This document shows positions 14,430 through 27,226 of a stretch of DNA of 64,000 bases, in pieces. The translations under genes and the position numbers were made by a program. The stretch's first letter is position 1. The number at the start of each line of letters is the position of its first letter. Under the pieces are notes generated by a model. That model was not told the origin of the DNA. It ran no database searches and worked only from the letters and a program-made list of their open reading frames with translations. Origin of the DNA: Octopus vulgaris (Eukaryota); contig OX597820.1 in assembly GCA_951406725.2 (NCBI GenBank), forward strand, positions 83,080,001 to 83,144,000. Direction: 5' to 3'.

Positions 14430-15120
14430 ATGTATATGATTTCATATTTAGTTATATTACTCTTAGATAATTGTAATTGACGTTTTGAGTGGAAACTCGT
14501 ACCGTACGGTAAGAGTAAAAGAATATTTTTTCGTTTCATAAGTAAGCAATAGTAGAAAACAAGCAGGTGAAGAGAGATATTGTCATTCTTAGCCGTTAAA
14601 GAAATTATATGCTTGAAATATATTAGTTTTGAATAGTTTGTTTTGGCCTCAGGAGAGTGTCTGCGAAATATGGTAAGGTATTTGGAAATTAAACAAGAAG
14701 GTGTTTGGTAGGATTTAGCGTACATATTTGGTAAGGTCTTTGCTTGCTTGGTATGCGCCGATATTTTCTAATTAATATTAAATAGCAAATATTTAAACTT
14801 TAATGTCCAATATATGTTTGTATAGTGAAGTGTCATTTTTCCTATTGCGAAATATATTTTTGTGTTGGTTCCTTCCTCCTTTATATTGGTTTGCTATATA
14901 TGTGTTTGAAGCTGATTTTTTTAGTGTTTGTGGTTACCAATTACATTTATGTACAGTTATTTGTGGAACAATATCTGTTTTGGCGAAGGATGAAGTGCAG
15001 TTGAAGATGCAGTTGATGTGGTTTTCGTTCTCCTGTTTTGAACATTTTAGGTGGTTACAATTGCCTAGATATCTAATTGCTAGTTGTGGAGAATGACATT
15101 TACGGGTTGATTGTGTTCCT
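14430..15120 (-). mobile_element. Decayed Penelope-like element 3' region (GIY-YIG remnant plus partial hammerhead)
   Basis: Minus-strand translation NQYKGGRNQHKNIFRNRKNDTSLYKHILDI resembles the PLE GIY-YIG R..QH..SFRN..TSL..HI block; downstream gagtttccactc-aaaacgtc (14478-14498) resembles helix II + GAAACGUC. Confidence 0.55.
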
Positions 15121-15132
15121 TATGTAGTTTGT

Positions 15133-15183
<51 letters not shown>

Positions 15184-15683
15184 GCTTCAGTTTCGTTTAG
15201 TCGATACTATTATGTGATCCTGTCTGCTTAATACTAACCAGAAGCTTGTTTATTGTAGTATTCTAGTACAATTGAAGGTTTGATGCTCACCTGATAACAC
15301 ATATTAAATTATAGCATACTTTTCAGAAACACTCCCAACTAGTAACCTTAATGTAATAAAGTTTTACATCCAAAGAAACATCATCATTATACGAATGCAA
15401 AAAATGCTGAAACAACAATTTTCTTTCCCAAACGTCTAGTGTAGCTTTATGTAAACAACATTTCTGGGAAACAAAATCTGTCTGACGTCCAAAGCTATGG
15501 GAGACTTTAAGGGAAGTAATGAATAATTAAGATGCATATTGGATAGAACTAAAATAAAACTCCAGCTAATTTATTAGAAGCAGAATATGAAATACTGATA
15601 ACACATTCATAAACACATGTGTCGGTATTCGCCTTTATACATACATATATACATACACACACACATACATGCGATCATATATA

Positions 15684-16650
15684 AAGGGTTTGGACAAAAT
15701 AACGGAAACAAATATGATCTCGTATGGCAGGCTCTAGCGTAACGAAAACTGCCGAAATGTTTGGTGCATCAAGAAGTACTGTCGCGAAAGTAATGACAGC
15801 CTTTGAGGAAGAGGGAAACATCATCTCGACGAAGCAAAAGTGTGGAAGAAAACTTTCAGATATGGACCATCGGACTCTTAAGTGAATTGTTAGAAAGGAT
15901 CACAAAAGTACAGCTCCCAAAATTACTGCAGAGAACCCAGTTTTCACAAAAACTGTTCGTAGCGAGCTGCACAAAGCCGGATTTCACAGGAGGGCTGCAA
16001 TCAGAAAAACATTACTTTCAAAAGCAAACGTTGCAAAGCGTTTAGAGTGGAGTAAAAACCTACAGAATAATGGAAGATTGTTATTTTCTTGGACGAGCCA
16101 TCCTTTACCTTATTTCCGACCACCGGCGAGTATACGTGTGGAGACAGCCAAAAGTAGCATTTGACCCAGACCGCCTTCTTCCGTTGTTAAACATTCAGGA
16201 GGATCCGTGATGATCTGGTGGGGGGTATATCTTGGAAATCCGCCGGCCCAATGGTTTTCTTTTATTGTAGAATTAATAGTGAAGTCTATGTAAACATTTT
16301 ATCTGATAACATTCATCCCATGGTTGCGGAGGGAACAAAATTGTTACTGAATGGAACGAGAAACATTCTAGCGGAGTTGAACATCTTCTCTGGCCCCAGA
16401 ACTCAATATTATTGAAAACGTATTGTGCATTTAATAAAAAAAACAAGTAAGGAGTCGATATCTTCCACCATCATCACTACAAGAACTGGAGACTGTTTTA
16501 GCTGAAGAATGGACGAAAATTCCTTTGGAAGCTGTTTACACTTTGTATGAGTCCATACTTTGTAGAATTCAAGCTGTAATTACTGCCAAAGTTGGGCCTA
16601 CCCCATATTAAAATAAATTTGTTTGAAATTTTAATGTGTTTTCATCATTT

Positions 16651-16653
<3 letters not shown>
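15684..16653 (+). mobile_element. Tc1-family DNA transposon, degenerate, with 5' internal deletion
   Basis: TA + TIR agggtttggacaaaataacggaaaca; frameshifted transposase (RMAGSSVTKTAEMFGASRSTV, LDEPS, WGGISWKSAGP); homologous to 48661-49869; right TIR truncated by (TA)n. Confidence 0.92.
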
Positions 16654-16697
<44 letters not shown>

Positions 16698-17784
16698 CAT
16701 AAGTATGTATGTATTACCATGTATGCTTATGTAAATAGACAGGTGTCTTATATGCGTATATGTGCATTAGTGTGTGTGTGTGTGTAAGCGTCTATTCGTA
16801 CTTGTCTGTCAGTATCTGTGATTGAAAGCGTGTTGCAATGCAATTACATATGGTATTGGGCACTGAATATTCGAAGATATCAGATAGGTTGCAAATTTAT
16901 CAGTTAATTATTTTGATCAGCGCTATCAATAACGCGCTACTTTTGCACTGCCATCAAGTGTAAATCAATGATTACAGGTGCAGAAAGTATCAACAAATTC
17001 ATCTAAAGTAACTTTCTCCTGCATGATAATTCAATTTTCGTCTAGTCTCCAGGTATGCTGCATTTAAGAATTTTTCTATTCCAGACTTACAAAAATGTTG
17101 CGACTTGATCGTGTATGCATTTCCATTTTTCAATGAACACAAACCTTGAAAATGTGTTAGCTGATATAATTTTCTTTCACACCTTAATAGTTTCTTATGA
17201 CTGAATACTGATACAATCCATAAGCAAACACCTTGTTTCAAATAATAAAACGTGTGTTATGAAATCTGAATCCACTAGTCTACAGATTATTGCTGTGTTT
17301 TGAGTTAGCCGAATGGGCTCTGAATGAGCACATCTATGAAAGGGATGTTAATTATTTGAGACTTAACATTCGTGTCATAGTTTCAGCTCAGATACTTAGA
17401 ATGATATGTATATTCATTTTCCTAATTTATGGTTCATTTTGAGGTGCGTATTTGACTGCAAAGTCTAATGGGAAGAGCTGTCACCAAAATGATTCCATAG
17501 TTAGTCAGAATGTGGAAGACAGACAGCGCATTGAGGATTCGAATTAAGTATAATAGAATTGTGCCTCATATTGTTCATTGTGGTGCAAGGCAGGAATATC
17601 TATGAGGTATCTAAGAATCTTAGAAGAAAATAAAAGAAAATCTAAGCATCTGAGCAGGTATTTCAGATTTTATATAAACCTTAGGTGCAAATGTGCCATA
17701 GAGGAAGTAAAATGAATGCGTCATATTTTCGTTAAAGGGTCGTAACATTTAATATTGGAATGCAACAATACTTGTTTTAGTATT

Positions 17785-17902
17785 TTTGACTACGGCCATA
17801 CCGCAGCACCACCTTGAAAATGTTTTAGTCGAACAAATCGATCACAAGATTTATTATTTTAAGCCTAGTACCTATTCTATCAGTCACTGAAAGAAGCCTG
17901 CC

Positions 17903-17949
<47 letters not shown>

Positions 17950-18100
17950 TATATACAACAGACTTTATTTTCTGTCTACCAAATCCACTCACAAGCTTTT
18001 AGTCGCCTCGAGGCTACTGGAGGAGATACTTGGCCTATTTTCCACGCAGTGGGACTGCACTCGGAAACACGATTGCGAAGCCAGCATCTTCCCACACAAA
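17785..18100 (-). mobile_element. SINE family C, rearranged around its internal (TA)n
   Basis: Minus-strand tail 17785-17885, short plus-strand piece ctgaaagaagcctgccgtg, (TA)n, minus-strand head ~17955-18100. Confidence 0.7.
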
Positions 18101-18350
18101 CATTATAATATATATATTTATTGTAGTTGTTTTTTTACCTCCATCCCGTCCATCTTTAGTCATCCTACTTCTCCTTTTGTTTATTAACACTTCTTTTCTT
18201 GCTTTTCTCCCTCTTCTCTTCGTTCTTTATCTCAATTTTTATCATTAGTATCTTTTGTAGCATTATTATGTTATTGTTACTTATATTATTCATTGTTATT
18301 TGTATTATTATAATCGTTATTATAATAGTATTATAATTATGATCTATAGG

Positions 18351-18503
18351 TTTTACGTTCTGAGTTCAAATTCCGCCGGGATCGACTTTGCCTTTCATCT
18401 TTCTGGTGGTCGATAAATTATGTACCAGTTGCGTAATGGGGTAGATCTAATCGACTGACACTCTTCCCCAAAATTTCGGGCCTTGTGCCTAGAGTAGAAA
18501 AGG
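18351..18503 (+). mobile_element. SINE family B, 5'-truncated
   Basis: gagttcaaattccgcc (B-box) - tcgactttgcctttcatc - gtcgataaattatgtaccag - gggccttgtgcctagagtagaaaag. Confidence 0.85.
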
Positions 18504-19065
18504 TTATTATCTATAAGTACTATTTTACTAACAGTATTGCTACTACAGTTTCAGTTACCGCTACTGATAATACTTCTACCGTTGTGACTACCAATACTAC
18601 TACTGCTGCTACCACCAACAACACTAACATACACAACTACAAGTACTGATGTTACTACTATAAATTGCAGTGTTCAGTAAAACCGTTCCGTGAAATCTGG
18701 GAAGATAACATAATTGGAAAAAGAACGTACAAAAGGCAGCTAAATACGAAAAGTCGACGATAAGTGACCAGCTTTGAGTACGCAATCACAACAATTGACC
18801 TATGCAAATTATTTCATATCCCACATTGCAAACTGTATTTATCACCCAATAACCCCACAGTTTAGATATAGAATCACGTTGAGAGCGACCAGGTGTAATT
18901 AAAGTTGATAGTTTGTGTGTTTCTGCGAAGCTAACTCTTTAGCTTCAATATATATATATATGTATATGCCTATGTATGTGTGTGTGTGTGTAGAAAGTTG
19001 AAAAGGACACGCGAGTTGAACATAAGGAAAATAAGACAAGCTAGAAAATGGTAAAATAATTTTAT

Positions 19066-19190
19066 CATTTTAGTTCCGGTTTCAGATTTTGCGACTTTTT
19101 CAACTTAGAGTAAAACACGAAAAACAATTAATTTATCATGCTTTACTCTAAGTTGAAAAAGTTGCAGAGACTGAAACTGGTACTAAAATG
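19066..19190. repeat. Short fold-back (~55 bp arms) with UUGAAAA-type hammerhead-like motif in each arm
   Basis: Right arm ag-TTGAAAA-agt.tgcagag.act-GAA-actggt-A-ct; left arm reverse complement ag-TTGAAAA-agtcgcaaaatct-GAA-accgga-A-ct. Confidence 0.7.
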
Positions 19191-20499
19191 TTCGGTTAAA
19201 CTCCAGTTTCTGACGTGGGAAAAATAGTGTAATAGGTGTAAAACAGCATCCCGATGAGAATTTTCCGAGTCCACTCCCCCACCCACACTGTTCGCAAGAC
19301 CGCATTTTTTTTTCACATTCGTTTACTGCATGTTGTTTGGATAGTCATATAACTTTACTCCGAAAATTGCACCCTTAGCTTGGAATTTTGGTAGGTCGTA
19401 TACATATTACAAGGACAACGCATGTGAGTGTGAGAGAGATGTGTGTGTGTGTGTACTCTGGAATGGCCTGGAACATAACTATAACACTTATTACAAAAAC
19501 GTTTTCCTAATATTTAGGGAGAAATATGTGAAACCTGCGCGTTGAATGGTATTTATATTTAAAGGAATTCAAGGATAGAGTAAGTGAAAAAAATATAGTG
19601 CGATGGTGTATGTAAGATAAAAATTATAAAGGTTATGATAGGATATTAGAAAGGTGAGCTGATGTGATAACAAAGGTAGAAAACGTTAATAGTTTTCTTA
19701 ATGCAAGTCACTTTGTTCTACGCAAAAGTAACAATAAATTGAATCAATATCAGGAATTAAAGTAGATATCCTGACAATATGATGTGAACGTGAAATATGA
19801 TAAATTTAAAAATGAAAACATATGTCTCACATGAAGTTCTGCGTATTAATCAGTTTAATTCTGTGATCTCACATTTTACCAGCACGTTACTCTTTAAAAG
19901 AACACAATTCAAATGGCGTTTTTTTTTTCTTTTTACGAATACTTGCTATATTCCATATCACAAACTAGAGAAGTACAAAACAACATCACTTCGAAATACA
20001 TGGTATGCTTCATGATAATAGACAAACACAATGCTGGTATTCATTTGAATTTCAAAATTAAATGGTTGTATTATATTCTAATTAATTACTACAAACAGTA
20101 AATTAATTTCTAGAAAAAATATTGATAATAGAGTATTACATTTCCAATCACATGACAGCAGAATAACAGAAACTTAATTCATATTTTCAAACAGTCTTCC
20201 CAATACGCGCTTAATAAATAAGTTAAATTAAAATGAGATAATAATTATGTAACTGATATTATAATGTTAATAATAATCACCCATCGTCAAGCGAAATAAT
20301 CTGATAGAAATATTACAACAGAATAAATATTACATATGCAATGACATTGTGTTTATTCTTCTTTGCTATTTCTTTATTGTAATGGTTTTATAAGTTACAA
20401 TCTTCAGAGATTTTATTTTCTCATTCTTCAAATCAAATCTAGCGCAGTAGAATGCTAAACTTAAACAGTAAATAAACAGCCAAGATCGGATTAAAGTCT

Positions 20500-21066
20500 T
20501 CGATCCCACGGTAAACTATTTCAGGAAATATAAGCAAATCCATTCGTATTTTAATCAATTATTTGAATTTAACTCGATTGTTCAAATAAAGGCTGACTTG
20601 AGAATTAAACTCAATTTCTTTTTTCAATCTTATAAGAAAATCCATTGAAAACGTGCTGAGCATCTTTGGAGTTAATTTAACTCTTCTTTAGGCATAAGTG
20701 TTTCTAGTCAGCACCCTTCGTCACTTTTGTAATCTTTATTAATTTTGACTCTAGGTTATAATTGCTAATGATCCACTCTTTTCATTTGTTGTTTAAACTT
20801 TTACCGTTTTGAAAATCGGTACATGTTTTCAACAGTTTTTCTTATAAGATTAACGAATGAAGTTGAGATTAACCCAAGGCGTTAAGAGCCGCTGTTGAGA
20901 ATTAAGGTGGTCTAAACCAAAATTTGAAATCGCAATACGGCTATATACGCTAGGATCTTACCTCCTTTTGTCAGTCATTACGTATAGGGCTTTAGTGGCT
21001 TTGGAGTTAATTTAACTGTTATTTTAGCATAAGATTCGCTAGTCAGTAACCTCCGTCACTATTGTT
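20500..21066. mobile_element. Decayed fold-back/partial-tandem element (direct repeat period 335 bp plus inverted arm)
   Basis: Direct repeat 20664-20730 vs 20999-21066; inverted ~20600-20655 vs ~20822-20877; no intact HHR core found. Confidence 0.65.
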
Positions 21067-21073
21067 TCCTCAG

Positions 21074-21144
<71 letters not shown>

Positions 21145-21169
21145 TATATATATGGGGGGAGAGGAGTGT

Positions 21170-21350
21170 ATGTGTCTTTGTGTCTGTGTTTTTACCCCCG
21201 CCATTTATGTCCCACGAAACTTAGGAGAGATCAATAGAATAAGTACTAGGCTAACAAAGAATAAGTCCTAGGAACGATTTCTTCGACTAAAATCCTTTAA
21301 GGCAGTGCTCCAGCATGGCCGCAGTCAGATGACTGAAACTGTAAAAGAAT
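21170..21350 (+). mobile_element. SINE family C, 3' half
   Basis: tagaataagtactaggct..gaataagtcc..cgactaaa..ctccagcatggccgcagtc..atgactgaaac, same as reverse complement of 41266-41480. Confidence 0.8.
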
Positions 21351-21398
21351 ATAAACCAAGCTGTACTCATCTGAATTTGAAATACAGAATGGTTAAAT

Positions 21399-21585
21399 TT
21401 GGTTTCACATTTTGCCACAAGGACACCAAGTTGGAACGAGAAGGTAAATCGATTACACTGACCCCAGGTTTCAAGTGGTACTTAATTTACCGACCCTCGG
21501 CATAGATGAAAGACAATGTCAGCCTCGGCGGAACCTAAGCTCGAGGCATAAAAACGGATGAAATACTGCTAAGCTCTCCGCCTTA
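21399..21585 (-). mobile_element. SINE family B, decayed
   Basis: tggtacttaatttaccgaccc..atgaaagacaatgtc..ctcggcggaa..atactgctaagc. Confidence 0.7.
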
Positions 21586-22166
21586 ATGATTATAAATATT
21601 AAATGGAAACAGAATTACCATGCGAAAATTTAATTAAATATCATTTAACGAATTTTAAAACTTTATATCATTACTAACGATTTTATTTGTATTATAAAAT
21701 CAAATATATACTTGTGCCTGAAATCGATTCTGTATGAGTATTTGTGTGTGTAAGTTATTTGTATGTGTGCGTATCTGGAGAAGGTAAAATAACTGCATTT
21801 GTGTGTGATCAGTCGAGATTTCTATATGCATGTTTTACGTGAAAGTATGTGGATGCTTTATTTATTAAATTTAAGAGTGCTGCTAATTGGATGTTTATTC
21901 AAAAGCCGTATGTCAATGTGTGAGTGAATATCGTAAAGTGGGCATTTATTACAAGTTTATGGTTTCAGTCATGAAGATCGAGTTGTAGATTAATACTACA
22001 AGCCATTTAGAGTCCAATATACAAGATCATATACACGCTTAAGAAAGCACAGACATACCTCTGTACGCGCATACATATAAATGTACATATATTATGTATC
22101 TATGCATATATGTATATATATCTATCTATCTATCTCCCTCCCTCTCTCTCTTTACTATATATATAT

Positions 22167-22993
22167 AGTAAAGTTTATATGCCAACTGAATGTGGCAGTC
22201 CTATAAAGGACGATGTTACTGTTGGTTTAGTCCCAAGAAAAGATCTTTTCTAGCTGGCTATCGACACACAGTTTGTGTTCGTAAAACATTTGCATGGGAG
22301 GTCATCGCTCTCATCTCTAGCCTTACGAGATACTCACAGACCTAGGTTTCTGAATGTTATCTGTCGTCAATATGAGACAATCACAAACTAATGATGAAAG
22401 ATCTCTCCACTTGCAAATACTATATATTTTTTAAGCGACACTCAGCTGCTGATCTTGTATAGAGAAAACACCTCGTTTTAATTTTTTGAGCGGGCGATAT
22501 ACAGTAACAGTACCGGGTAGTAATGTTTATATGCCAACAGAATGTGGCTGTCCTATAAAGGATGATGTGATTGTTGTTTTAGTTCCAGAAAAAAATATTT
22601 TCCAGCTGGCTATCGGCACACATTTTGAGTTCGCATAGCTTGTATAAGGGAGAGGATTACTCCCATCTCTAGCCTAACATGATACTCACAGACCTACATT
22701 TTTGGATGTAATCGGTCCTTTGTGTGAGACAACCAAAATCTAGTGACGAAAGCTCTCTCTACTTGCAAATATTTGCAAAAGTTTTTCAAGCTGTCTATCG
22801 ACACACAGTTTGTAGCCGTATTGCGTTTGCAATGTAGGTCATCACTCTTCGATAGTCAGCTGGAAAAGATGTTTACCTGGAGCTAAAACAACAGTAATAT
22901 CGTCCTATATATGACTGCCACATTTTGTTGACATATAAACATTACTGTGAGGTATTGTTACTGTATATCTCTAGCTCGGAGATATAAAACAAG
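22167..22993 (-). mobile_element. Tandem 352-bp repeat (2 units + partial) with an inverted arm; one hammerhead motif per unit (retrozyme/pLTR-like)
   Basis: Units start 22167 and 22519; inverted arm 22849-22993 complements ~22473-22614. Confidence 0.85.
22333..22376 (-). ncRNA. Type I hammerhead motif (slightly decayed)
   Basis: ctcata-TTGACGA-cagataacattca-GAA-acctaggt-C-tgtgag; 8-nt palindromic helix III; paralogue at 22685-22728 (ctcaca-caaagga-ccgattacatcc-aaaaatgtaggtc-tgtgag). Confidence 0.7.
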
Positions 22994-23142
22994 TTGTGGG
23001 CATGGCTATGCAAGCACACTATGCTCATAGGGTAATAACTAAAAGAAAAGTTTATCAGGAATCAATTTAGATAAGCAGAGAATAGAGAAGACTTTTGATA
23101 AAAAAAATAGACTAACATCGGTTAATACACAACAACATTACA

Positions 23143-23940
23143 CACTTTTTATGGCCGTTTCGGCTGCCAATGTTAGTCGGTGCTTACAAAGAATATTCTG
23201 AAAATAATATTCGCCATCTTTATAGCACATTCGATCAAGTACATGGAGGTTCATCAGAGTGAATACAAATGCATAAAAATAAACCCCAAATGTTAAAACC
23301 CTCTGGCAACTAATTTTACTTTTCCTGTACCTTTTATAGCATGGGTGAGCTTGTTTGAACTAGCTTCAATCTGGGCTTAATCATTTCAGCCAGCATACTG
23401 GTCTACACAACCTCCCTGTAGAGCATAACTTAGTATTAACTGATCTTCTCTCTAGATTGTATAGGTCTATATTTGGGCACTGAAGTAGATGATTTCCCAT
23501 GAGATATTATTACCGTTACGCTTATTGTGTGTGAACGGAAGTGAAATATTGTGGTAGACCTAACATGGCTACATCGACGTAAGGGTTGATATAACAAGAA
23601 GTTTAATAATATGAATAATCTAATTTTAATTATAATATAATATATATTAAGTGATATTAAGTAAGCTGTGGTAGGACTTGGAGTTTGAATTCATGTTAGT
23701 AATTAGCAATTGATTTAACTGGTAATCGTTTAACTGTTTGGTTTCTTTGTACTTTTGCCCTCTCGTATGTCTAAGAGGCAGAATGCCCTCAGGAAAGTAT
23801 AGACATTTACTTGTTCGTCTAGTATTATCACAACTCGGAGGTATGCTGCCTATTTACGATGTCAGATTTGGCATAATATTTCAAAGGTAATTTCCACTAG
23901 TATTCTCCTCTCCTATCAGTAGTCTCACCTTAACTGTAAA
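23143..23940 (-). mobile_element. Decayed Penelope-like element: GIY-YIG remnant followed by hammerhead
   Basis: Fragments MPNLTS, ISWEII, SVPKYRP, EKI, LNTK..LCSTGR in order; then cact-CTGATGA...cagcc-GAA-acggccat-A at 23143-23262. Confidence 0.6.
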
Positions 23941-25609
23941 AAAAATTATAGCCGTAGTGTTTGCTAGTATTTATCTTTTTTTTCAAAATTTTTTTCTATG
24001 TTATGTTGAGATGGTGAAGAAGGGGATAAGCGGCCTCGTGCCACTTATGACATATGGGGTGGGGAACGTTCAACTGACACTTAATTCATCAGTCCGAAAG
24101 GAGGAAATGTAATGTTGACATCTGAGGAATTTGAACTTAGAAAAACAAGTTTATTATACATAATTTGAATAAAACCATTTGATAAAAGAGTGGGTAAAGT
24201 CAATTAACTGGAGTGTAGTATTTTCATTAAGAGTGAAGAAATGTTTGCAACGAAAACAAGAACGTTTCGTGAAACTCAAAGCAGGGAAGTTATAAATGAA
24301 AATGAATTAGAATAAATGCATATTACACGGGAATTGGTGGATCACCTGGTATGCTGTAACGTTCCTGAATATGCATAAAGAGAATAATTTTGGAAGCTTT
24401 GCCACCTCGATAAAAACAAATGAGTGGTGTGTTGTCACAAGAAATAAACGGTTTATATTTTCGAGTAGAATTGTATTCAAAATCTTTTGGTGCAGTAAGT
24501 GACGAGAAAAGAAAATACACCCATCAAATTCACCGACATAACACATCGACGAGTGATAGATAAATGAAATGCTAATTTTTAAAATAATTAGAAAATTACT
24601 CAGTTGTAAACACGATCTGCTGTATCGATCTTTTAAACACGTATTTTATACATATATTTTAAACATGAAAATATTGTACCGACTGAAATGGATCTGTTCC
24701 AGTAATAATATTAGTTTTGTGGTGGTTAATTAATTCTTCAACTTGCGTCAACACATAGTATTAACGAAAACGAAAAGAAAATTGAAAAAAGAACATATTG
24801 CAAAACAAGTAGTCAGTTGTGGCAGATATCAATTGACTTCTCACTTTCCATACGCTAAGTTGAAGCTTAACAGAAAATGACATCATCAAAATACATTTAA
24901 CTCATGAAAACATATCTGACACTAAGACCTCAATCTCACTGAATATATGATCGCTTATTTAAATTTAAAAAAAATGTTTTGAAAATATTTAATCAATATT
25001 TATTCAAGCATACACGCAATAATTTTCGTCAACACTGTAAAAAATGATTTTGGCAAATCATTTGTTCACTCTATGTCAATGAGTCGGCAAATTTTGATGA
25101 GGTCGAGATTTAAAAACATCAAGTCTATTTTAGATTTTTGTTTAGCTGTCACAATTTTTTCTCACACGTCTCGTTAAAATTAATTTCTAATGAATGAAAA
25201 TATTTATCCTTTTAACATCAAATAGAATACATAAAAAATGAATATTAAAAATGTAGTGCTTTCTTTTACTTTATATACAACATTAAGTGATCCGAAAGAG
25301 TTATTTCTCGATAGTTCGAATGTATACATATACATACAGATGACAAAGAAGAAAGCTGGAAAATCTTTAGGCATCCTTTATTCACCATTACACATGATTC
25401 ACTTACTAATAGGAATGACAGAACTTTACTTAATAGATAGACGTGCATGTAACGACAGCAACTACATTCTGGATTGTAATAATGGAATAAGCAGATGTGC
25501 TTAAAGAGGAAACACCTTATATTTTAGCCAACCTACCAAATACTTGCATGCATACATATATTTATACATATATATACCTGCGTGAATATATATATATATA
25601 TAATCTGTG

Positions 25610-25978
25610 TGTGAGGAAAAGTTGATATTTCGTGTGTGTCATTTGTGAGAAGAAGTGCTTGAGTCGTGTGGGACTTGTAAGTCATTACAGAACTCATAGG
25701 AATCGTCAAATGGTAAATTGTGTTATGGCTATTGTTTACAACAGAACTTGTACAACCTGTGGAAAGAAGCGCCTTTCAGTTGGAGGATTGAAAAGGCATG
25801 TCAAAAGAGTTCGCACTGTAGTATCTGCTTCTTCTGCCAGCCAAAACATCTGTGCATTTTGCAATAAGATGTGCAAATCATTCGCTGGGCTCAAGGGCCT
25901 CACATTGTATCAACAATGACTCATTTCAGGGATTCTTTCTTGCAATGGCTTTGCTCCTATACGAAAAAGCAGCTAAGA
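25610..25978 (+). mobile_element. 3' end of an RTE-type LINE encoding three C2H2 zinc fingers (pseudogenised)
   Basis: ORF 25632-25919: CVICEKKCLSRVGLVSHYRTH, CTTCGKKRLSVGGLKRH, CAFCNKMCKSFAGLK; first finger matches the RTE C-terminal C..C.R.C.SR.GL.SH.R.H pattern; no TGEKP linkers; ends in a short UTR and (TA)n. Confidence 0.6.
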
Positions 25979-26204
25979 TATATATATATATATATATATG
26001 TGTGTGTATGTGTGTTTTCCGTGTTTACAAATAACACGGAAAAAATAAATTAAATGTTGCCAGGGTAGTAAAAATTCACACGAGTAACAAGGATGTAACA
26101 CCCTATTTATAAAGGTAGAAACTACATGTTTAGGTGAAACGTTTAGTATAATATAGATAAATAAATAAATGGAGTTAAACGCTGATGTTATTCAGATTCT
26201 TTTA

Positions 26205-26345
26205 TTTCCGACATATGTTTCGAAGACAACATTGGTATTATTCTAGAAGGAATAAAATGGTGTAAAGCTATGCAATGAAAATATCGCATTGTTTTACACC
26301 ATTGTATTGCTTCTAGAATGACACCATTTTCCCTACATATAGTTA
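26205..26345 (-). repeat. Long hairpin (26233-26326) attached to a hammerhead 3' half; 5' core lost
   Basis: Minus strand ...tcttc-GAA-acatatgt-C-ggaaa with palindrome ACATATGT; hairpin arms tggtattattctagaagg...tggtgtaaa / tttacacca...gcttctagaatgacacca. Confidence 0.6.
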
Positions 26346-26521
26346 GAAACCAATTCGGTGGGGTACTCTTCTGTAGGTATGCCATATGTATAATGTAACG
26401 ATACAGACAGCATGTGTGCCGTTCTGTGTGTGTGAGTGTGTGTGTTTGTGTGTATAACTGTAATAAGCTCTATTACGTTTATTGATAGAAGAAAAAGAGG
26501 AGTATAAAATTATTTGACTCG

Positions 26522-26980
26522 ACAATCGGAAGAGTTTACTCTGTGCATCCGAGTCACTATGAATGTTTCTTCATGAAATAAGATGACCGACTTCCTTCTC
26601 CTTCCTGAGAACTATTGATGGTCGAACTTATAGCCTGTTTAGCCTTAAATTTTTTAGATGTGAGTCAGTGGGATAAAACTTTGGACTGAGTCTTCAGCGT
26701 CGTGCAGATTTATTTCTTTGAGAGATTTTTTGTAATTCTTCTACAAAATTGTGTAATCCATTCGCGTTGTGGCACAAGTATAAGAATGATTTATCGGAAG
26801 ACTACAAATATGAAGCACAATTGAGAATCTCTGAGAGGGAAATAGCATTCAACGATGACACATATAATTCTGGATTGGTTGATATTGAAGAGGGAGGGGA
26901 GGAACTCAATGGGAGGGAAGGAGCTCAACAAGTGTGATTTACCAGAAACTGTTCGAACTGAGGTGAATAATTTGATCTGT
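26522..26980 (+). mobile_element. Helitron RepHel coding fragment (region between Rep and PIF1 helicase), degenerate
   Basis: TIGRVYSVHPSHYECFFMK*, PTSFSFLRTIDGRTY, NPFALWHKYKNDLSEDY...TYNSGLVDIEE, MGGKELNKCDLP are colinear with conserved Helitron blocks (IGR.Y.V.P...E.F.LR; PTSF..LRTV.G; LW..Y...LSED; MGGK.L...GLP). Confidence 0.85.
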
Positions 26981-27110
26981 ACAAATGTGTATTATATTAT
27001 ATAAGTGTAGCATTATGATGTATAAGTTTTTATATTTTACATTTTTATATTTTTATATTTATATGTATATGATTATATAATATTTTTCACTATTATAACA
27101 AATTTAATTT

Positions 27111-27226
27111 AATTCTCTGAAGAGGCCGTGGGGCATCCTTGTTAATGCCTCATTTATACCTGCCTTTATGGCTTATAGGTTAAATGAGGTATGACTGTCC
27201 TCACTGCCGAAACAGCTGTCAGTTTT
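27111..27226 (+). ncRNA. Type I hammerhead ribozyme motif with canonical core and ~85-nt helix II
   Basis: ct-CTGAAGA(27117-23)-ggc.gtggggca...atgcctcattta...taaatgaggtat...tgtcctcac.gcc-GAA-acagctgt-C(27220)-ag; palindromic helix III; helix I short. Confidence 0.8.
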
